IMG/VR virus record: IMGVR_UViG_3300027963_000064
Length of the DNA stretch: 20,000 bases
DNA from: an uncultured virus (IMG/VR IMGVR_UViG_3300027963_000064)
Taxonomy: Duplodnaviria; Heunggongvirae; Uroviricota; Caudoviricetes
Reading direction: 5' to 3' (one strand)
The position numbers were made by a program, and so were the translations under genes. This document shows, piece by piece, positions 17,401 to 20,000 of this stretch (positions within the stretch are counted from its first letter, which is position 1; every line of letters begins with the position of its first letter). The notes beneath the pieces were generated by a model. The model saw only the letters and a list, made by a program, of their open reading frames with translations. It did no database searches and was not told the origin of the DNA.

Positions 17401-20000
17401 ATTAATGATGACTCTTTTACAAACTACGGCATACCACAACTAAAAACTGGCATAGCCAAAGTTACATTTCCAGTAATCGGCGGCTCTGGATATAGAGTTT
17501 ACTTTAATACCACTAGCGAAAGCCACGTAGAAAAAGCACTATTAGGATTTAAAATTAGCAATTGCTCAACACAAGCAAGTTTTAACCAAATGAGCTATGG
17601 TGGTCAATCAGAAATTTACGACTATACAGTTAATGATCAGCAGATTATTGTAGATACCCCAAGCATTGGCGCACAAATTGAAAAGAACAGAACGAACTAT
17701 TTTATGCCAAGTAATTACTCTGGAAGGGTAGATAATTATTTTGTAGACATACAAGTGCCAGTTTCTGCTAGTTCTATTTCTATTTATATTGATGGCTCCA
17801 ATTTGAGTTACGGTTCTGTTCCTAATCCAGACACTATCAGAACACAGAGATTAATTTCAATTTCTGGAGCATTATTACCAATTGAAGAAATTACAACATT
17901 TGAAACTGTATATGTAACTAAAACAGGTAGTTTTACTGTTCCAGCAATTCCAGAACGAAGAGTAGAAACTGAATATTTCCGCGAAATCAGTACAGATAGT
18001 TCAAAGTATTGCCCTACAGACTATTGCGAAGAATTTTTTAATCCAGCACCAGATATTGCTGATGGTCCAGTTGTTGTTGCTCAAGAAATATATCATCAAA
18101 GACCATTTGACGCTGGGGTTGCAAAATCTCGCATTACTCTAATCAGCGATGCTAGCTTAATACAGGGTAGAGCTATTGCTGATGAAAATGGCAACATCAA
18201 TCAATCCTTAGTGGCTTTCTTGGGAAGTTTGTATCCAAGAACTAACTTTCCTAGCAATAATTCTGGTAGACAATATGACTACATAACTAAACTTGTGGCT
18301 CCAGAAAGAGGTAGTCCTCAAAAATACGTTAATGCTTATAATAACTCTGGCTTGAATTTAAGATTTAATAGTAGCACAAATAGTACACTGTCTGCTTCAT
18401 CATTCTCTGATCAAGATTACTTAATTGATACTAGCGTGGGCGGGTATGGATCTCCAATGTTGCCAGAACTTGGAAGGGGTCCAACATACATGAATGCAAG
18501 AGAAATTCCAATGAACGATCCCGTTGAAATAGCTAGACTATACGCTAGCCTTATTGCCGCTTTTGAATCATCTCAGTATTACTATGGCGCTGCAACTAAA
18601 TTCAGTGGCGTTATTGATGGGAAAATGTATGCAGATGCTAGCGTTTACGGTGGTATGCCAGAAATAATGAAAGATAAAGGTTATGATTATCTTGATTTTG
18701 ATAAACTACCATCTGGATACCCCGGAGATTTGTTTGGGTATTCGTTAGCTATTAAAAACAATAAGATTTATGTTGGCGCTCCATTTGCAGCGTTCTCTGG
18801 AGAAAGTCCAGTATCTTGGAATACAGTAAAGGCAAACACTCCTATCGGTCCCACTTTTGGAACAGAGGTTGGATTTAATGGTGGTGCTGGATCAGTATAT
18901 GTGTTTGATAAAACATATCGCGGCTCTGGCATTGGCGGTAAAGTTGTTCCTTGGGAATGTGTTAAGAAATTTAGACCACAAGAAATAAACGTTGGCAATG
19001 CAAATTCTGTAATTGCAGATCAGTTTGGTTATAGTATATCAATTGATGGGGATATACTGGCGATTGGCGCTCCGGGTCATGATTACGATAACCACTCAGT
19101 AGATTCACAAGCTCCATTTATCAGAAAAGAATTTAACGAACAATTTGATTTACAAACAAGAGCCGTTCACAATTTAGGTTCGCAGGAAAATAGAGATACT
19201 TTTGGTAGCGGCTTAGTTGTTCAGAACAATGGCGCTGTATTTACATATGAGAATAAGATTGATAATTGGGGCGCAAAAACACAAAATTGGGTTCCAATTC
19301 ATAAACTTGTACCGCAGGGATATAACGCTAGGGGTGAAAATGATTTCTTTGGAAAAGCAATTTCTCTAGATAGGACTAGGCGCAATGACGGCGATTATAC
19401 ATTAGCTGTAGGTTCTCCACAGCACCAATCTGGCAGTGGAATAAATGATGAAGAATTGTCCAATGCTGGGTCTGTTTATACTTATGACGGAATGTTAAGA
19501 AAGCTTAAGCCTTCATTTGCTCATCCAGACTCATTTATTATTGGTAGAGTTTTTGGAGACATGTCAGTAGAGCGACCATATAGTAATTTCATCTTTACGA
19601 ACGATAACCTATATGATAATAGAATTTATTTCAACACCACGGTTTATGCGAATAACAAAGGTGAAGTATTCTTAGATGTTTTTGGTCAAGACATGATAGA
19701 TAAGGGCTTTATCATTCATAGACCATTTGTTGACCAAATTAAAGGAAGCTATTTGTTTGGAAACCCAACAGTCCAATATGGCAGATTATTCATAAATGGT
19801 AAGCCCCCTGAAACTAGCTCAATATTGCCTATATTTAATCAAGGGGTTGGTGAAGGTAATGTGTATAATACATTAGGATTGTACGAAAACGCGGTATTGG
19901 GCCTATCTTCTGGAACTCCATTTAGTTTATATACTAGTGGAAATATGATAGATTTTGTTGAAAGTTCTGGCCTAAACCTGTTTAATAGTGGATCGGAAAT
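8413..20000 (+). CDS. Giant virion/tail adhesin-like protein (>=3862 aa, 3' end outside the window): LamG-like domain plus a 7-bladed FG-GAP beta-propeller with inserted vWA-like and GIFT-like domains
   Basis: ATG 8413 is preceded by TAGGA, which overlaps the TMP stop. I translated frame +1 line by line and found no stop through 19998 (MDCILQQTSAKNLASG...SSGLNLFNSGSE). The protein is rich in N/S/T/G/Y/F and looks beta-rich. It has seven FG-GAP motifs. It is absent from the ORF track because it lacks a stop in the window. Confidence 0.93.
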   Translation, partial: MDCILQQTSAKNLASGTLKANATVIHRPNKIIEGNGSVKANIGININIGFSQNSQPLFGQTEEFLFGAAPSQPVVITRSENRLFCVGSFRILNSRQYRVNDQTYVVDDESDILAIRVNNARVLDVVNPYSEINPTLDTSQDNSNLSAFLTLSSNNLESKILAVGQFRNIYTDKIGGTLGKIKSIPRFRATQKLYPIKDIVTSSNDVYFVNKDLSSGNIYQSVNEGLAIGNYTDNGDKSTRIADDSSTFIQPSSIYSQGDFTYKCEVFPPTITPKESFLFIRAAAPLISYESDVPAIYKIHNIKLEDPSGNLIVKYKDITFRGDGNYLKEDQYNFTTYVTEPEINYASLHTWEPKFPILGEASGYTLNLDFTVDCIHNPFSRAFSGGYEDECKLDFVETNKNDYLALDGSPLSTRTQGYELNPNNSLRISCIEICNSGALFGLLNDNYLGFHTEVQPTGNRLERIIYPCNVLSYDFDTGIYPVASSVWESSPDIDGNISTNTSNSGQAVLTDRLRNIFQVGHITLDSISSVTNSGKLQLQYKHEPPFGIKQQTGGPFNFGGKGRNKSLNSSVKELVYGNDIFFTIDSIELQISAKKAEGSPDYTIDVVGYSDDGVVNITPAVGGFLQNNETYDSSNSSLVPVISGQKQTNELAISAETLSDKDQYFEEHITLNPAKDHYVVSKLPLINSTSFKNYTIPLKIYQDSVELGSPRDYSMSSFFENLYIDIYPLPSGASFAKANLVIKYKPSNALPLYTFGYQEKELAQREIKIYPSPRQSKDNILNAIWTDAPLSLIEDIPHVYKTPTTIKTNYSRRWRGVDGSTFAGPFDPLDFNFAFYNPQLETPFLDGYFDLNKIDGNVILASSENSANLSGIIVGGEINSIIRNIGLRFNSSGIFTHQERLYKTLDWTSTGHELYGHILDSFDNALRVSGVSCNINFGDVNVSGGFSIFTRFCPDSTISGVNYNLFNSGVIASKWDSDKNLEFTLGYNSGYLCANAKDADGNIVTIQDSSLYTEYQYPLSILLTYNDNSSRKLKLYTDNEIASGSFNVLRASSDEFDLVESHSDLVFGYSSGSGVGINGFISEIGISQFNTSGTNITENNTNSRLQQVKAEHFLSTHRAKFWNDGESVANDRYKMWQYVDEDTDQWHLGAFKYCDFFSSYDTLKNRVGKDFIVHNFSTNGMTYGNITNIPLPSNVPASNLAYHSQLENDMLRFNLGGNTNRLFSVAPRITKALPRSYSFNETGFVVDTILQHETTNDIIWEDGTVGPRLIVSLYTKAKDSDLFDTTNWGLINRSIHHIGPQECWSKISSKFTLNSLTDKSSEPWSNFVTSRNVTELNHKFFSKDVDEMFLQYDLVYPSGHYESKIKIHSAHVKLENALLKAETVNSLDFKLAISGEAREREVMPLSLPNTFGSVETSGNGLTMYASGYLLIPHTDSMPLFSSGAYLLDNNVMPLHSVTVGYIGAPTFTEFNFGSSEDQLFGSNPTYGPTLFVAGRTDKYDDTTLALYIQNNQTNPSANETLVLFTSCPPTTNTNYFDLFVQGGFPPLSYYTNSSAPLYVSAPVPDPIVSGTLPFIIDAVNPNIVSVSGSLSLMVMNQSTINAGSNQLESFLWDKDHVGKDITVEDNYLAFFDANSEIRGVQTICYGTCDNGGTCQELEVITHDTKWYESTCVEGGALRALTTYTNSDAGFNNNFYGIRKFDKLIPQAPYQITIVGKTGTSGIAQVPREMSEWEYGFNEDVGYSGLKIVPSELDRNANDQYGKSISIKDDLMAIGAPFHNIQDSDGYEITDAGAVFVYRRNPEPSGVDWTHQLDKSPWSLEAKLSLPDGFKRDYYDTANRPFYQDGQQLPFYGIEKRWIVGQEGRQLGHSISISKTNNREVIVVGGPSCKWNRTFGGIQTQPINVGLFIFTDEFAPTFPYPCDRRGECATYENIIPIIRQNDLLFKYFCDPAVSFNVEIIICEPILGTNSDPSPDFADPKPNFVTKYQINRHTYYNRNTNQFRTKNTEIFNDIKSAFESVFPYDESKLHNNIPPVLGFYIDNSASLGSRALQPALDQFVKYYQAYSYASGLKDFDNNPASGYANITIAIDENWIAQASTLIADTLDTGRMIENNTFQLFANNLGQFNPNASDFNIPPASGGSVYVYEKQGNDWEIIQEIKSPTTLSSIAPDRFGHAVTISESGNMIIVGSPYMEQAVSIYEYRPHIKEQKYAYFPSWLSSKAAQDTSFGHLFELNRRLQSLLANATPSNQQSIVKQIYSEMNPSGKFEFRRNLNLQEYELIRTVTYSDINPGASWSFLFDKFAPTSRLGYSVACNEDGSLVAIGAPTDSMGAQDNANIWWKPGFTRDTQWQSYVNAGAIRVLESRNYYPHNKVVEYGKFGNLHELLSPDYDAPFFNHMEPIYENNFGITFEKTSFAETEIPQEAGTLFITTPAVDAASEEIVNKIKNWLALGDRNLVLVGNDPVWENNGAYAESNSIINYLLERLDSRMRLQPARNKYESLVDSDLSINILPSLVPSHTTSSYVAPSFLRGSGVADIKLYSPSASAGYNCGAGGKSGFRYVDVNDKCEMQIKHRGDIRAKFNLTCEDMFGNPRPYEMNLAMYFGTVTLASYGCDSGLSNSPTYQYEPIPIMAAGENASRTIIYPRIPERTEVYNYREAVGQSPNGKYPVFSNSPDSGIAFIWSSDSGNYTELTLNLGANVNKSAFFDPPEYNSKDALLMATAEVKTDIVNTNPVVSDKFYYAAEEQYGDTSSSIVIIAGTFTESRSALLSSNADKNLNFYGNIVAKDADGSARIAQLGNWTNITSFKAGDNQSDLLNRLTSLGNFVDENVSAYDLSVTSNGYDVGWIANTTENPSEEELERIIRWLNQGNKKLVITYGQDPSSNDPKSTDDYYANIYTTSSARAVTYLCDKLGISMRPMFLLGRNKYATKRDAVNKYQLTNENIAINKNYDPIYRGKRIGYTPDSKIETYALVRGYIEDIIPIQLNSGTALAYFNTPINDDSFTNYGIPQLKTGIAKVTFPVIGGSGYRVYFNTTSESHVEKALLGFKISNCSTQASFNQMSYGGQSEIYDYTVNDQQIIVDTPSIGAQIEKNRTNYFMPSNYSGRVDNYFVDIQVPVSASSISIYIDGSNLSYGSVPNPDTIRTQRLISISGALLPIEEITTFETVYVTKTGSFTVPAIPERRVETEYFREISTDSSKYCPTDYCEEFFNPAPDIADGPVVVAQEIYHQRPFDAGVAKSRITLISDASLIQGRAIADENGNINQSLVAFLGSLYPRTNFPSNNSGRQYDYITKLVAPERGSPQKYVNAYNNSGLNLRFNSSTNSTLSASSFSDQDYLIDTSVGGYGSPMLPELGRGPTYMNAREIPMNDPVEIARLYASLIAAFESSQYYYGAATKFSGVIDGKMYADASVYGGMPEIMKDKGYDYLDFDKLPSGYPGDLFGYSLAIKNNKIYVGAPFAAFSGESPVSWNTVKANTPIGPTFGTEVGFNGGAGSVYVFDKTYRGSGIGGKVVPWECVKKFRPQEINVGNANSVIADQFGYSISIDGDILAIGAPGHDYDNHSVDSQAPFIRKEFNEQFDLQTRAVHNLGSQENRDTFGSGLVVQNNGAVFTYENKIDNWGAKTQNWVPIHKLVPQGYNARGENDFFGKAISLDRTRRNDGDYTLAVGSPQHQSGSGINDEELSNAGSVYTYDGMLRKLKPSFAHPDSFIIGRVFGDMSVERPYSNFIFTNDNLYDNRIYFNTTVYANNKGEVFLDVFGQDMIDKGFIIHRPFVDQIKGSYLFGNPTVQYGRLFINGKPPETSSILPIFNQGVGEGNVYNTLGLYENAVLGLSSGTPFSLYTSGNMIDFVESSGLNLFNSGSE
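11182..11673 (+). other. LamG/concanavalin A-like jelly-roll domain within the giant protein
   Basis: NALRVSG...FGDVNVSGGFSIFTRF...GVIASKWDS..LEFTLGY...SILLTYNDNSSRKLKLYTDNEI...DLVFGY...INGFISEIGIS follows the LamG_3 pattern (FSixxW/F, IxsK, hxxtYdg..lkLYvdG, L.iG, FxGxIdEvri). Confidence 0.7.
12574..13200 (+). repeat. Degenerate ~14-18 aa beta-strand repeats (hydrophobic-x-L-[YF]-x-x-G) in the giant protein
   Basis: FKLAISG, MPLSLPN, LTMYASG, MPLFSSG, MPLHSVT, PTLFVAG, LALYIQN, LVLFTSC, FDLFVQG, APLYVSA, LPFIIDA, LSLMVMN. Confidence 0.65.
13684..19485 (+). repeat. Seven FG-GAP (integrin-alpha type) repeats forming a discontinuous beta-propeller
   Basis: Blades start at 13684 (DQYGKSISI..AIGAP..AGAVFVY), 14002 (RQLGHSISI..VVGGP [insert] GGSVYVY), 14920 (DRFGHAVTI..IVGSP..AVSIY), 15325 (SRLGYSVAC..AIGAP..AGAIRVL), 18727 (DLFGYSLAI..YVGAP..AGSVYVF), 19018 (DQFGYSISI..AIGAP..GAVFTY) and 19342 (DFFGKAISL..AVGSP..AGSVYTY). 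Confidence 0.88.
19780..20000 (+). repeat. Second tract of the same short beta-strand repeats, continuing past the window edge
   Basis: GRLFING, LPIFNQG, LGLYENA, FSLYTSG, LNLFNSG. Confidence 0.65.

Noticed and set aside
10706..18998. Short ORFs listed in the track (including 13885-14496 minus, 203 aa) and the apparent 'non-coding' 11.6 kb
   Set aside because: All lie inside the continuous frame +1 ORF starting at 8413, so the region is fully coding.
8413..20000. Many N-x-S/T sequons suggesting a eukaryotic or eukaryotic-virus glycoprotein/integrin
   Set aside because: The frequency looks compatible with the high N, S and T content. There is no signal peptide, and the gene has SD-led, operon-like packing behind a phage TMP.
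1406..20000. Possible inteins, introns, DGR variable repeats or CRISPR-like arrays in the long ORFs
   Set aside because: I saw no intein splice-junction or LAGLIDADG motifs, no frame interruptions, and no near-identical or regularly spaced nucleotide repeats. The repeats found are conserved at protein level only.

Overview
AT-rich, gene-dense, all plus-strand virion (tail) module of a large tailed dsDNA phage. The order is: 3' end of an upstream gene (<1-164), a 115-aa hypothetical, a 276-aa coiled-coil protein in the tail-chaperone position, a 2332-aa tape measure protein (TMP, 1406-8404), then a giant ORF starting at 8413. The ORF track missed this last gene because it has no stop codon before the window ends (>=3862 aa, translated by hand in frame +1). 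Two things stand out. (1) The TMP looks like a modular polyprotein: repeated (F/Y/M)-A-x-G-G and DTVPAxLTPGEFV modules delimit two enzyme-like cassettes, a PD-(D/E)xK nuclease-like domain and an apparently circularly permuted HAD phosphatase. These could be injected into the host as cargo. (2) The giant protein is an integrin-alpha-like adhesin: a LamG-like domain, short beta-repeat stalks and exactly seven FG-GAP blades. It carries large insertions, including a DxSxS (MIDAS-like) vWA-type domain in blade 2 and two GldG/IFT52 (GIFT)-like domains in blade 4. All domain calls come from motif recognition by eye, not database searches. No RNA genes, CRISPR arrays or mobile elements were seen.
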